From assembly GCA_030550175.1 (NCBI GenBank), contig JAUQPW010000001.1:10898-74897 (forward strand): a stretch of DNA of 64,000 nucleotides, given 5' to 3'. Positions 1-9,106 of this stretch are shown piece by piece. The position numbers and the translations under genes were made by a program. The notes under the pieces were generated by a model. The model saw nothing but the letters and a program-made list of their open reading frames with translations. It was not told the DNA's origin and did not search any database. Positions within the stretch are counted from its first letter, which is position 1. Every line of letters starts with the position of its first letter. Source of the DNA: a bacterium (lineage in GTDB: Bacteria > Moduliflexota > Moduliflexia > Moduliflexales > JAUQPW01).

Positions 1-2
1 TT

Positions 3-281
3 CTTCTACAGATCAAAAAAGGAAATACGCAACGGTTTAAGCCGGTTCTGAAACCGATTGAATCTCAGGGTATCTTATGGATCGGTCAACACGCCGCTAC
101 CCAAACCTTTGGAAAAATTACCCGGGGGGTCTTTAAAAAAAGATGGGAAGAAGGACTTCAGATTCTCCTTCCCTGTGAGGTACTTCAGAGGACTCTCTGT
201 TTAACCTTTACCGGAAATTGTTCCCGCGAGGTCTTACAAGAAATCTTGAAGGTCATCCCCTACGCCGAATGTCACACCTGA
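3..281 (+). CDS. Partial CDS, 3' end of an unidentified protein whose start lies upstream of the window
   Basis: Frame 3 is open from the window edge to a TGA at 279-281 (93 codons). No recognisable motif. Confidence 0.25.
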   Translation, partial: LLQIKKGNTQRFKPVLKPIESQGILWIGQHAATQTFGKITRGVFKKRWEEGLQILLPCEVLQRTLCLTFTGNCSREVLQEILKVIPYAECHT

Positions 282-334
282 TCCCCTTTTTGTGCGAAAG
301 AACTCAACAAATTTATTTTATCTTTTCCCTTTCC

Positions 335-982
335 CTACTCCTGTACCAGCCCCCCAAGCTCCTTTAGAAAACTAAAGAGATCTTCGGCTTTCTTCTTTTT
401 CAATTCAGAAAGAGAAAAGCTGGCCAGCAGGTGGGGAAAGTTCTTTCGGATAGAAATACGGAGAAGATGAGGAACCCAGGGTTGAAAGATTGAAGAAAGT
501 CTATGAAGCCGTTCCTGATGATTCCCCTGCTGGAAGGCTAATACGAAAGAAGTATTTTCCAATTCTTGAGAGAGCCAGTTTTCTTGGGTTACGGTTTGTA
601 GAGCTTCTTTTCCGATCCGATTTTGAGGATCAAAAACTTCAAATTCTAAATTCGGCTCCCTGAGAAGGTTTCCTCGAATGCTGAGTAAGCCTTTTCGCCC
701 CATCAACCGATGAAAGAGCCAGGCCAACAACATACTCCTCGGCTCCAGGATCACCATAAAGGCCATACCTTTAAAAGGGGGAAGAGGGCCTTCCACCAGA
801 ATTTGAAAACCGGAAATGCTCAACCAGCGGACCGATATTCCCTCACCGAGGATACCCAATCCTCCCTGAATCCATCGGATAATTTGATGGCTTTGCCTTT
901 GGTTTAAATAAGATCCAATAAAGTACCAGATTAAAAACAGAAAAGATAAATATACAACGACCTGGAAAGCGGTGATATTCAT
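335..982 (-). CDS. Hypothetical protein with an N-terminal membrane anchor
   Basis: 215-aa ORF. The N-terminal ~25 residues are hydrophobic (VVVYLSFLFLIWYFIGSYL). No recognisable catalytic motif. Confidence 0.45.
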   Translation of the reverse strand: MNITAFQVVVYLSFLFLIWYFIGSYLNQRQSHQIIRWIQGGLGILGEGISVRWLSISGFQILVEGPLPPFKGMAFMVILEPRSMLLAWLFHRLMGRKGLLSIRGNLLREPNLEFEVFDPQNRIGKEALQTVTQENWLSQELENTSFVLAFQQGNHQERLHRLSSIFQPWVPHLLRISIRKNFPHLLASFSLSELKKKKAEDLFSFLKELGGLVQE

Positions 983-994
983 GGGGGTTTTATC

Positions 995-1264
995 TTAATG
1001 GACCTCTGGAACGAACTCGGTAATATCCTTTTCTCGAAGCTGATTTTGTTTCCACTTTTTCAATTTTGGAAATAAATAGGGTAACAACCGAAGCGTCACC
1101 GTGGAATTCATAAGGGGAATTCCCAACAATTCCCCCAGAAGAACAATATTCATTACCTCTTCATATTTAACTTTTTCTTCAAGAGTGGCCCGGTAGAGAT
1201 CAAAGATAAAAAGACCCCAGAAGAAATCTTTGAAGTTTTTCCACCACTTTTTGATCCATTGCAT
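995..1264 (-). CDS. Small hypothetical membrane protein; likely start is the internal Met MQWIKKWW
   Basis: The 995..1369 ORF overlaps the upstream ORF for 89 nt in another frame. Starting at 1264 gives an 89-aa protein with a hydrophobic core (FFWGLFIFDLY) and a basic C-terminus. Confidence 0.35.
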   Translation of the reverse strand: MQWIKKWWKNFKDFFWGLFIFDLYRATLEEKVKYEEVMNIVLLGELLGIPLMNSTVTLRLLPYLFPKLKKWKQNQLREKDITEFVPEVH

Positions 1265-1280
1265 TTCTTCACTCCTTGTA

Positions 1281-1661
1281 TCATACCCTCCACATAGCCA
1301 GCTCTTCCTGGATGGCATATTTAAGGGTTGGATAGTCAAAGGGCTCTTTGAGTATTCGTTTGTTATCAATGATAACGGCCAGATCTCCTCCTAATCGATG
1401 CTTTAAAGTAAGCCAGAAGCCCCGGAGTGAAACGGAACCCGTTACCAGAGGCTTAACCTCCTCACCGAAGTCACGGAGAAGTTGATGGGATAGGGCAGCA
1501 ACCTTTTCCTGGTTCTTTATAACTTCCGGTGGGTAATCCTGGAGTTGATCTATGTCGGTATTGATACCACAGGCTTTAAAGTAGTCTGTGGAACAACAAT
1601 GGGCAGTTGTGCGATAAAAGGTTGGGAGTAGCCCAACGAATTCGACCTGGATTTGATGCAT
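1281..1661 (-). CDS. Hypothetical protein with weak resemblance to a minimal nucleotidyltransferase G-S...D motif
   Basis: 126-aa ORF. Contains TGSVSLRG...GGDLAVIID, reminiscent of NTase GSxxRG...D[IL]D, but the second acidic residue is absent. Cys-rich N-terminus. Confidence 0.4.
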   Translation of the reverse strand: MHQIQVEFVGLLPTFYRTTAHCCSTDYFKACGINTDIDQLQDYPPEVIKNQEKVAALSHQLLRDFGEEVKPLVTGSVSLRGFWLTLKHRLGGDLAVIIDNKRILKEPFDYPTLKYAIQEELAMWRV

Positions 1662-1765
1662 ACGCTAACCTCCCTGGGTTTAAAGAAACTTTGAAAGGTT
1701 TTTTCTGATAAAACTAATTTGTCCCTCGTAGGGAGTCAATAGGATAAACATTTAGATTTACAGAA

Positions 1766-2629
1766 CTATCCTCGGGTCCAGAATCCAGCCGGATCATACG
1801 CCCGGATAAAATTCAGTTCTTCCCGGGTCGGGGGTGGGGTTTCCTTCAGATCGGAAGCCACCTTAAGGTCCCATCCGGTGTTAGCTAAAATTTCTTCCAC
1901 CGGGATACCCGGATGGTTTGAAGCCAGGTACATTTCTTTGGTAACCGGATCGAATCTAAGAATTCCTTGGGTAGTGATGACTGCACCGGGACCTCCCCAG
2001 GGTAGTCCAACCGTTTCTCGCCAGTTTCTTCCTGTTCCATAGCCGGGTGAGGTGATATAATCCACCCGATCTTTGAACCGCCGTTTTTCATGGGGCATGA
2101 TGACAAGTAAACGCCGGGCTAAGGCTGCAATATCGCAAGCTCCTCCACTACCTGGGAGACGGATGAAGCCGGGATTCGGATGGTTGGGAGGGGGTTTACC
2201 GCTGATATAAGAGGTATTTAGATTTCCATACTTATCTATTTCGGCTCCCCCTATAAATCCCGCATCGACCCAACCCTGTTGCATCATCCCCATGAGATCC
2301 AGCGTACTCCCGCATTGTATGGCTCCTAAAATATTAGGAGAATCTCCCATTGTGTACAAGACTTCCTGAGCCGGCGTATCTCGAATAATTCCGCTCTCGA
2401 AAAATCCTATGGCACGAGGAGCATGGGTTTTTTTAGCCAGGGCAAAGGCCAACAAGGGAAGCCTTGTACCCACAAAAATAATCTCTCCATCTCTAATCTC
2501 CCGAGCGGCTGCCGCAACCATAAGTTCTGGTAAAGTATAATTCATGTATTGTACCTGAAAATGGAAAATTGCAACCGGCAGATTTAAAGGTTTCAACTTT
2601 CCATTTTCAATTCCCCTCTCAATATCCAA
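1766..2629 (-). CDS. CoA-transferase subunit B (glutaconate / 3-oxoacid CoA-transferase family)
   Basis: 287 aa with the GSGGACDIA-type signature and conserved E/G-rich core of family I CoA-transferase beta subunits. Its end overlaps the start of the subunit A gene by 11 nt (operon). Confidence 0.85.
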   Translation of the reverse strand: MDIERGIENGKLKPLNLPVAIFHFQVQYMNYTLPELMVAAAAREIRDGEIIFVGTRLPLLAFALAKKTHAPRAIGFFESGIIRDTPAQEVLYTMGDSPNILGAIQCGSTLDLMGMMQQGWVDAGFIGGAEIDKYGNLNTSYISGKPPPNHPNPGFIRLPGSGGACDIAALARRLLVIMPHEKRRFKDRVDYITSPGYGTGRNWRETVGLPWGGPGAVITTQGILRFDPVTKEMYLASNHPGIPVEEILANTGWDLKVASDLKETPPPTREELNFIRAYDPAGFWTRG

Positions 2630-3536
2630 AGTTGGCTGGTGCCGATAAGGCCTCCTTTTTAACCTTTAACTCCTGAATGCGATCTTCCCCCAGCAATTGC
2701 AAATAAGAATGCCGGGTTTTTATACCTTTAACCCATCGATTTAACCATTTTTGAAAGCCTTCCAAGGTTTTAGTTTCTTCATGATAGTCTCTATAGAACC
2801 CATGATCCCGGTTGTAATAACCCTGTACCGGAGAAGGATGGGCGCCCCAGGGTTCTTCAACTACAGCCGAGACCAGAAAACCTGGAATGAGAGTACGGTT
2901 CGGGTCACTCCGGATAACGTCGGGAGACACAATTTCTTCTGTAACTAAAATAAGGGATCGACTGGCCCGGGCTGCATCTCCGGTAATTCCCGTATTTCCC
3001 CAAATATGGGCGTTACCTTCCGGGTCGCAACGCTGGACCTGGATAATGGCGATATCAGGATGAATCGCCTGAACGGCCAGAAGCTTCTCACCGGTAAAGG
3101 GGCAACATATTTCCTTCATCCCGGGATGATTTACAGGAAGATCAGACCCCAGAGCTGTTTTAGTGGGTAGATAAGGGACTCCCAAGGCAGCGGCATGGAG
3201 AGCCAGGGCTATGGTAAAATTAGAATGATCTTCCACGTCTATAGGATGAGGAATCCCTTCTTCAACCGCCCGACGAAAATTATAACCGGATCCCATCATG
3301 ACATTTCCCACCCAGGCGGCTACAACTTTTCGTACACATCCTGCACCTATAAGCAAGTCGAAGAGAATATCGGAGATAGGTCCGATGAGGGTAAGATCCC
3401 TCCGACCCTGACGGATTATCTCATGCCCTGCTGAAAACGGAATCAGGGATTCCAAAGCCGTTCCTGCAACAATACTCATTCCATCACGGACAAATTGTGC
3501 AATAGCCTCTTGCATGGATAAAATTTTACGGTTCAT
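2619..3536 (-). CDS. CoA-transferase subunit A (glutaconate / 3-oxoacid CoA-transferase family)
   Basis: 305 aa. Family I CoA-transferase alpha-subunit pattern (IVAGTALESLIP..., GPISDILFDLLIGAG), paired with subunit B. Confidence 0.85.
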   Translation of the reverse strand: MNRKILSMQEAIAQFVRDGMSIVAGTALESLIPFSAGHEIIRQGRRDLTLIGPISDILFDLLIGAGCVRKVVAAWVGNVMMGSGYNFRRAVEEGIPHPIDVEDHSNFTIALALHAAALGVPYLPTKTALGSDLPVNHPGMKEICCPFTGEKLLAVQAIHPDIAIIQVQRCDPEGNAHIWGNTGITGDAARASRSLILVTEEIVSPDVIRSDPNRTLIPGFLVSAVVEEPWGAHPSPVQGYYNRDHGFYRDYHEETKTLEGFQKWLNRWVKGIKTRHSYLQLLGEDRIQELKVKKEALSAPANFGY

Positions 3537-3959
3537 AACTTATCTTTAGTAACTACGGTTATAGGACCTGTGCTTATCACCGATTCTTTGGATTTTTCCT
3601 CCTACTATAAAATAGATTGACGACCAGATCTCTTTCAGTTTAACCGATGTGGGGGTTAAAAATCAAATACGAAGTGTGAAAAGAAAAAATTTTTAAAGTC
3701 CCGGTTTGCGGTTTATACTAACTTGTAGTTAAATGAGTTGGGAATTACTTTAAGTCGGAGCCATTTCCATTAGTAGATGGGACTTTCCCAGACCTTTAGG
3801 TTATTAAAAAAGTTTAAGTAGAAAACCTCTTTTTTATAAGATCATCAGGATTGCTACAATTAAAAATTGACTTTATCCTGGAAGGTTAGATATAAATAAA
3901 ACTGAAAATCTGAATCTCAGGGTATAATAGCTTCTACGTTGAAACATCGCATAAACTAT

Positions 3960-4320
3960 AGGGGCAGTCCATAGGCATCAAGTTAAGGATTAGACCTGGG
4001 TCTAGATCCCCCTTGTTCCCCCTGGAGGGGGGAAAGGGGGCATAGGCGCCAGGATAAGAGAGAGATTCATCCCCCTTCCTGACCTCCCCCCGCTTTGCAG
4101 GGGAAGGAACTTTGAAGTGAAGTTCCCTCTCCTGTGAAACGGGGGAGGAACAGGGTAGGGGCGCCTTAACCTGGCGCGTATGGGGACAAGGGGAGTATTC
4201 GGGCTGAAAAAATAAGGCTTTTCCCTTCTTAGCTTGATGCGTATGGGGGTGGCCCTTTGTAGCTGTCCTGTTTAAGGGCAACCCTGGGTGATGGCCCTGC
4301 AGGTTATACGACATTTCTAT
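3960..4320. repeat. GC-rich interspersed repeat cluster (scrambled copies of repeat family A)
   Basis: Contains ttaacctggcgcgtatgggg (4166-4185), which recurs in inverted orientation at 46537-46557. Contains gcgccaggataagag (4046-4060), which shares gccaggataaga with the copy at 8677-8690. Also holds ccccc...ggggg hairpins. The 126-aa minus-strand ORF here is a repeat translation artefact. Confidence 0.6.
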
Positions 4321-4378
4321 TCAGTGGTAGAAGGTTCTTTAAGAATACCATAACGCTTCTTTTTGAAAAATTTAGTGT

Positions 4379-5386
4379 ATGGAATCGGGTCAGAAATTGG
4401 TTCAGGAATTACTTAATCTTGCGGCAGGAGAAAGGAACAAAGCTGCCTTTGCTTTAGAAGTTGCACTTTTACTAAAAAAAGTTGATCCCGCAGAAATAGA
4501 GCCTGTTGTCGTTAAACTATTGGAAGATCCTGACAGTTCGGTACGATGGTTTGTAACGCACATCCTCGGGGAGATAAAGACCGGTATGGCTCTGAAGTAT
4601 CTGGCCAAAATGTTAAAGGATCCGAGCAAAGAAGTCCGGGCTGAAGCTGCCGAAGTTCTGGAGGAATTACATCCTGAAGAAGTTATCCCTGAGTTGGTGG
4701 AAGCCCTTAGTGATGAAGATTATTTAGTCCGCTCACGGGCAGCCTCCGCCTTGAAAAGGATAGACCCGGTCAGTGTCCTTCCCCATCTTATAGCCGGATT
4801 ACATCACAAAGACCGATATATTCGACGACAGGTGGTGAGTCTACTGGGTGAAATCAAGCCTCCAGAAGCTGTTCCTCTGCTTATAGAGGCTTTAAAGGAT
4901 CCAGACCATATTGTTCGAAGTGCAGCTATTTCTGCTTTGGGTAGCCTGAAGGCCGTGGAGAGCCTGGATTATCTTATTGAAGCCTTACAAGATGATAACA
5001 GTTGGGTCCAAATTGCAGCATCGAAAGCTTTGGGAGAAATGGGGAATCGTAAGATTGCCGAAAAACTTCAGCCTCTCCTAAAGGCTGAAAGGCTGGAAGT
5101 TCGAGAGGCCGCTTATACGGCACTCACTGAAATTAACCGGCGAGAAGACAAAAACTTTGTTCGTAAAATGAAGGTATCGGATCTCCTCAACGATATAGCT
5201 GCTAATCTGGGAGTGACCCCTCAAGTTTTGTTAAACCTTACTGCCAAGGGGGATGAAGAATTCCGAGAAATGGTAAAGGAAATTTTAAAGGTCCTCCCTA
5301 AGGAGGACCTTCATCAAATCGCCGATAATCCAGGCATGCATCCTCAGCTTCAACAATTTGTACAAACTTTACTTAAAGAGTTTTGA
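4379..5386 (+). CDS. HEAT-repeat (PBS-lyase-type) protein
   Basis: 335 aa with about 8 tandem ~31-aa HEAT-like repeats (VRxxAxxALGxIGxxxAVPxLIxxLxDxD). Confidence 0.8.
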   Translation: MESGQKLVQELLNLAAGERNKAAFALEVALLLKKVDPAEIEPVVVKLLEDPDSSVRWFVTHILGEIKTGMALKYLAKMLKDPSKEVRAEAAEVLEELHPEEVIPELVEALSDEDYLVRSRAASALKRIDPVSVLPHLIAGLHHKDRYIRRQVVSLLGEIKPPEAVPLLIEALKDPDHIVRSAAISALGSLKAVESLDYLIEALQDDNSWVQIAASKALGEMGNRKIAEKLQPLLKAERLEVREAAYTALTEINRREDKNFVRKMKVSDLLNDIAANLGVTPQVLLNLTAKGDEEFREMVKEILKVLPKEDLHQIADNPGMHPQLQQFVQTLLKEF

Positions 5387-5406
5387 GGATAAAATTTTGT
5401 CTCTTT

Positions 5407-5847
5407 TTAGAACTCCCCACAACAATCTTTAAGCTTCAACCCACTTCCACAGGGACATAAATCGTTTCTTGTGACACTTTTCCGACTTTTACTAATTTTT
5501 CTCAAAAACTCATTAAGATCCTTTTCGTCATCATAGATGTCATCATCCTCGTTGTATTCTTCGTAATCCTCTCCTTCGGTTTCTTCAGAATCCTCCAGTT
5601 GCAGTACCGAGAAATGCTCGATGGTCTTTTTTAAATTTCTTGCCAGAAAAACGATGGAAAGTGTTAATCCGGAAAAGCAAGTAATCATTAAAGAGACGAT
5701 AACTCCCTGGAAAAGAGAGAGCGAAAAGAGGGTATGTAATCCATAACCAAGTCCTACTACACCCAGGGAAACCAGAAGTATACTTGCACAGATAGCTGAC
5801 CCAATCAACAGTCCCGGATAAATGAAGGATCTAAAGTCTTTATACAT
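5407..5847 (-). CDS. Membrane protein with an acidic region and a C-terminal SEC-C metal-binding motif
   Basis: Three hydrophobic segments at the N-terminus, a D/E/Y-rich acidic stretch, and a C-terminal CPCGSGLKLKDCCG (SEC-C motif, as in the SecA C-terminus and YchJ). Confidence 0.55.
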   Translation of the reverse strand: MYKDFRSFIYPGLLIGSAICASILLVSLGVVGLGYGLHTLFSLSLFQGVIVSLMITCFSGLTLSIVFLARNLKKTIEHFSVLQLEDSEETEGEDYEEYNEDDDIYDDEKDLNEFLRKISKSRKSVTRNDLCPCGSGLKLKDCCGEF

Positions 5848-5950
5848 ACCTGAAATCTCCTTTTAAAGATCGGTTAGTGACTAAGTTAGGTTACTTGAAG
5901 TTTCAATGAGCAATATTTAACCCTTAAACCTTTTCCATCCCCTCACGTCG

Positions 5951-6433
5951 TTAATGTTCCTGGGATCCTGAAGGGGAAGGCTCTGAAGTCCCTTTACTTT
6001 CCGTACCGGTAGGGGTTGATCCACTACTTTCCTGAGAAGTAGAGGGTTGGGCAACAGGTTTCTCCTCAACAGGAGCCGCCTTATTGGAAGGATTTTCCAG
6101 AGGCGGCTGTTCTTCTTGAGTACTGGATTGAGGTGGAGTTGAAGGTTGTTCCTGAACCGGACTCTGCTGCGTTTGCCTTGCCTTGTCAACAATAGAAGAA
6201 GTCGCTCTGTGGGTCGAAAGCAGGGTAAGTCCAAGGGAAGTCAACATAAAAATCACAGCCGCTATGGTTGTTACCCGATTTAAAAAATTGGCAGGGCCGG
6301 CACCACCAAATAAGGTTTGACTGGCTCCACCAAAAGCAGCTCCGATATCCGCTCCTTTACCTGTTTGTAACAATACAATAGCTATCAAAATGATACTCAT
6401 CAATACATGAATAATGGTAATAAACGTAATCAT
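5951..6433 (-). CDS. secG: Preprotein translocase subunit SecG with a long low-complexity C-terminal tail
   Basis: N-terminal 75 aa match the SecG pattern (two TMs, LLQTGKGADIGAAFGG...FL.R.T...A..F...SL). Location immediately downstream of tpiA is the conserved tpiA-secG order. The C-terminal ~80 aa are P/S/T/Q/E-rich. Confidence 0.7.
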   Translation of the reverse strand: MITFITIIHVLMSIILIAIVLLQTGKGADIGAAFGGASQTLFGGAGPANFLNRVTTIAAVIFMLTSLGLTLLSTHRATSSIVDKARQTQQSPVQEQPSTPPQSSTQEEQPPLENPSNKAAPVEEKPVAQPSTSQESSGSTPTGTESKGTSEPSPSGSQEH

Positions 6434-6438
6434 AAAAT

Positions 6439-7197
6439 TTATTCCTTAAACTTTACAATTTTGGTGAATGAATCGGCATCCAAACTGGCTCCTCCTACCA
6501 AAACCCCGTCGATATCTTTTTGACTCATAAGAGATTTAATATTATCCGGCCTTACACTTCCGCCATATTGAATTCGGATCTCAGAGGCCACGGTTTCATT
6601 AAAATTCTTAGCCAGCAAGTAACGTATAAACGTATGAACTTCATTGGCTTGTTCAGGGGTAGCCGTTTTACCCGTACCAATGGCCCATACCGGCTCATAA
6701 GCAATGATAAGCCGCAGAGCTTGCGAATGGGTTAATCCAACCAACCCCTCTCTTATTTGACGTTCAATAATCTCAAAGGTTTGATTCTTTTCTCGCTCTT
6801 CAAGGGTTTCACCTACACAAACAATAGGGATAAGCCCCTGGTCCAGGGCTGCAAAAATTTTTTTATTAACCGTTGAGTTGGTTTCGCAAAAGTAGGTACG
6901 GCGTTCCGAGTGTCCTATAATAACATAACTACATCCTACATCTTTCAACATCAAGGCAGAAATTTCACCAGTGAAGGCACCACTTTTTTCCCAATGAAGA
7001 TTTTGTGCACCCAGCTTGATAGGACTGGATTTGATAACCTCAAACACGACTTTCAATCCGGTAAAAGGGGGGCAAAGAACTACTTCTCTATCATCGGTAA
7101 GGTCTGTGAGATGGTTGACGAGAGCTTTTGCAAGTTCTTCGGCTTCGGTAGAAGTTTTATGCATTTTCCAATTTCCAACAATGACGGGTCTTCGCAT
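6439..7197 (-). CDS. tpiA: Triosephosphate isomerase (start probably at the internal Met 7197; the ORF extends to 7242)
   Basis: Canonical TIM motifs [19 protein letters not shown] and [11 protein letters not shown]. An AGGGA Shine-Dalgarno sits 5 nt upstream of ATG 7197. Confidence 0.9.
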   Translation of the reverse strand: MRRPVIVGNWKMHKTSTEAEELAKALVNHLTDLTDDREVVLCPPFTGLKVVFEVIKSSPIKLGAQNLHWEKSGAFTGEISALMLKDVGCSYVIIGHSERRTYFCETNSTVNKKIFAALDQGLIPIVCVGETLEEREKNQTFEIIERQIREGLVGLTHSQALRLIIAYEPVWAIGTGKTATPEQANEVHTFIRYLLAKNFNETVASEIRIQYGGSVRPDNIKSLMSQKDIDGVLVGGASLDADSFTKIVKFKE

Positions 7198-7387
7198 GTA
7201 TTTCCCTGGTGAATCACTTCTTATCTTTTTCTTGTTATACAACTTACAGTGTATTCGAAAATAAATTAAAAATCAAGAAAAAAATATTCAAAATATTCTG
7301 ACACAAATTTTTCTTGCAGGTTCTTTCCTCTCCTGATTAAAATAATAAAAATAAGTTGAGAAGAACAGATAAGCAGGAGCGTGGGGA

Positions 7388-7594
7388 ATGGGTTTATTTA
7401 TAACGGTTCATCTTGATAACACAAAATGTCCCTCGGGTTGTAAGAAATGTGTTACGATCTGCCCGGTAGATATCTTTCAGATGAAATCGGGTAAAGTTTT
7501 CAGTGATGAGATGGCAGAGGATGAGTGTACGCTGTGTGATCTCTGCCTGGAGGTTTGTCCGATAGATAATATTGAGATTCAGAAGCATTATTAA
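7388..7594 (+). CDS. 2x[4Fe-4S] ferredoxin
   Basis: 68 aa with two cysteine clusters: CPSGCKKCVTICP and CTLCDLCLEVCP. Confidence 0.8.
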   Translation: MGLFITVHLDNTKCPSGCKKCVTICPVDIFQMKSGKVFSDEMAEDECTLCDLCLEVCPIDNIEIQKHY

Positions 7595-7729
7595 ATCAAA
7601 TAAAACGTAACCCTGAAGAACACAGAGTTATCCCCTCCACGAATATAGATAACCACTGGTTCGATGTATATTTATCCATTTATCTACGCTTACAGCTTTG
7701 GAGGCTTCGGGGTTGTTGAGGCTAAAGCT

Positions 7730-8542
7730 ATGAATTTACAAAATCCCCTTGCTGATCATTGGGCCCTTATTTTAGGAGCTTCTAGCGGATTTGGAGAAGC
7801 TACCAGTTTGGAACTTGCCAGGAACGGTATGCATATTTTTGGGGTTCACCTGGATAGAAAAGCGACTTTACCTAATGTGGAGCGGATTATCGGTCAAATT
7901 AAAGAAATGGGGCGTGAGGCCATATTCTTTAATGTAAATGCCGCAGATGCAGAGAAACGAAAAGAGGTTCTCGACCAGATCCAGGAGAAACTCAAGGAAA
8001 GTGGCGGGTCTGCCACCATTAAGGTTCTCCTTCATTCCCTGGCGTTTGGAACCCTGAAAGCCTTTATTGCTCCTTCCCCTCAAGATACAGTAACCCAGGC
8101 CCAGATGGATATGACCCTGGACGTGATGGCCCATAGCCTGGTTTATTGGGTTCAAGATTTGATTGCCCGGAAACTTATGACCCAAGGTGGGCGGATTTTT
8201 GCCATGACCAGTGCAGGGGGTCACCGGGTTTGGCGCACCTATGGACCTGTTTCTGCTGCCAAGGCCGCGTTAGAATCTCATATCCGTCAATTGGCACTGG
8301 AGCTGGCTCCGATGGGAATTACGGCTAATGCCATCCAGGCAGGGGTTACCGATACGCCTGCCTTACGAAAAATTCCAGGTAACGAAGAAATGATCAAAAT
8401 CGCCCAGGAACGAAATCCCGGGGGACGATTGACAACCCCTGCCGATGTCGCAGCCGCGATTGCGGTCCTTAGCCAGCCGGGTACCTACTGGATGACCGGA
8501 AACGTGATTCGGGTGGATGGAGGGGAGGACATTGTCGGCTAG
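7730..8542 (+). CDS. fabL: Enoyl-[ACP] reductase, FabL-like SDR (the ORF opens at 7664; likely start MNLQNP at 7730)
   Basis: GASSGFGEA Rossmann motif. Y-x6-K catalytic spacing (YGPVSAAK), typical of FabI/FabL rather than classical SDR Y-x3-K. The C-terminal half matches the B. subtilis FabL pattern (…NA..GG..DT.AL+.FPN.E........N.P.GR.....D…VDGG). Confidence 0.7.
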   Translation: MNLQNPLADHWALILGASSGFGEATSLELARNGMHIFGVHLDRKATLPNVERIIGQIKEMGREAIFFNVNAADAEKRKEVLDQIQEKLKESGGSATIKVLLHSLAFGTLKAFIAPSPQDTVTQAQMDMTLDVMAHSLVYWVQDLIARKLMTQGGRIFAMTSAGGHRVWRTYGPVSAAKAALESHIRQLALELAPMGITANAIQAGVTDTPALRKIPGNEEMIKIAQERNPGGRLTTPADVAAAIAVLSQPGTYWMTGNVIRVDGGEDIVG

Positions 8543-8639
8543 TCGTTCTATGAACGGTGGACCCTAGACTATAAGGATTTGTAACCCCGGTATTTATCCT
8601 CCCTGCCGATCCAGGTATAAAAATCCGGGATATGCGGTT

Positions 8640-9106
8640 CGTAACTCTAAGAGGTTTTTCTTAACCCCCTAACCTCCCGCCAGGATAAGAAGGTTAGCCC
8701 CAGCGGGGCGACCTATGGATAGCTCTTAGGCGGATAACAGATTCTTCTTTCCCTCACCCCAGACCCTTCTCCCACGCTATGGGAGAGGGGAACCGGCACA
8801 TCTCCAGGTCAATTTCCCAAGCTTTATTCCGGCACCTATGCCCTCACTCCCCCTCTTCTGAAGCTTCAGGAGAGGGGAAAGGGAAGTGACAAGACCCTTG
8901 CGCTCCCAGGGTCAAGTTTTTCTACCTTTATCCCGGTACCTATACCTCCTAACCCTCTTTCCGCATCGGGAAGGGGGAACCCGGAGATGACCTGGATCCT
9001 GACTTTCCCTTTCCCTGGGAGGGAAGGGGAGTCGCAGGAGTTAGAAAGCTTGAAGGGGCAGAGAACTTAAATCCGCGCCCCTGTTGCCCTTGTAAAGTTT
9101 AACAGT
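8640..9106. repeat. Intergenic repeat block: family-A 32-bp core plus two degenerate ~100-bp tandem units carrying four CT-rich/GA-rich hairpins
   Basis: 8683-8714 ggataagaaggttagccccagcggggcgacct is identical to the reverse complement of 46662-46693. The unit ccaggtcaatttcccaagctttattccggcacctatgccctcactcc is repeated as cagggtcaagtttttctacctttatcccggtacctatacctcctaaccc. Hairpins include ctcccacgctatgggagagggg and cctcttctgaagcttcaggagagggg. Confidence 0.6.

Noticed and set aside
3934-4314. 126-aa minus-strand ORF, P/G/R-rich
   Set aside because: Lies entirely within the GC-rich repeat cluster. Its composition reflects the repeat and it has no motif or start context, so it is treated as a translation artefact.
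4379-5386. HEAT-repeat protein as part of a phycobilisome-lyase system
   Set aside because: The PBS-lyase-type HEAT repeats are widespread outside cyanobacteria, and nothing else here relates to phycobilisomes. Called simply a HEAT-repeat scaffold protein.
8750-9060. Possible CRISPR array (regularly spaced hairpins)
   Set aside because: Repeat units are not identical (only similar). Spacing is irregular. There are no cas genes or leader. It fits better as degenerate tandem REP-like units.
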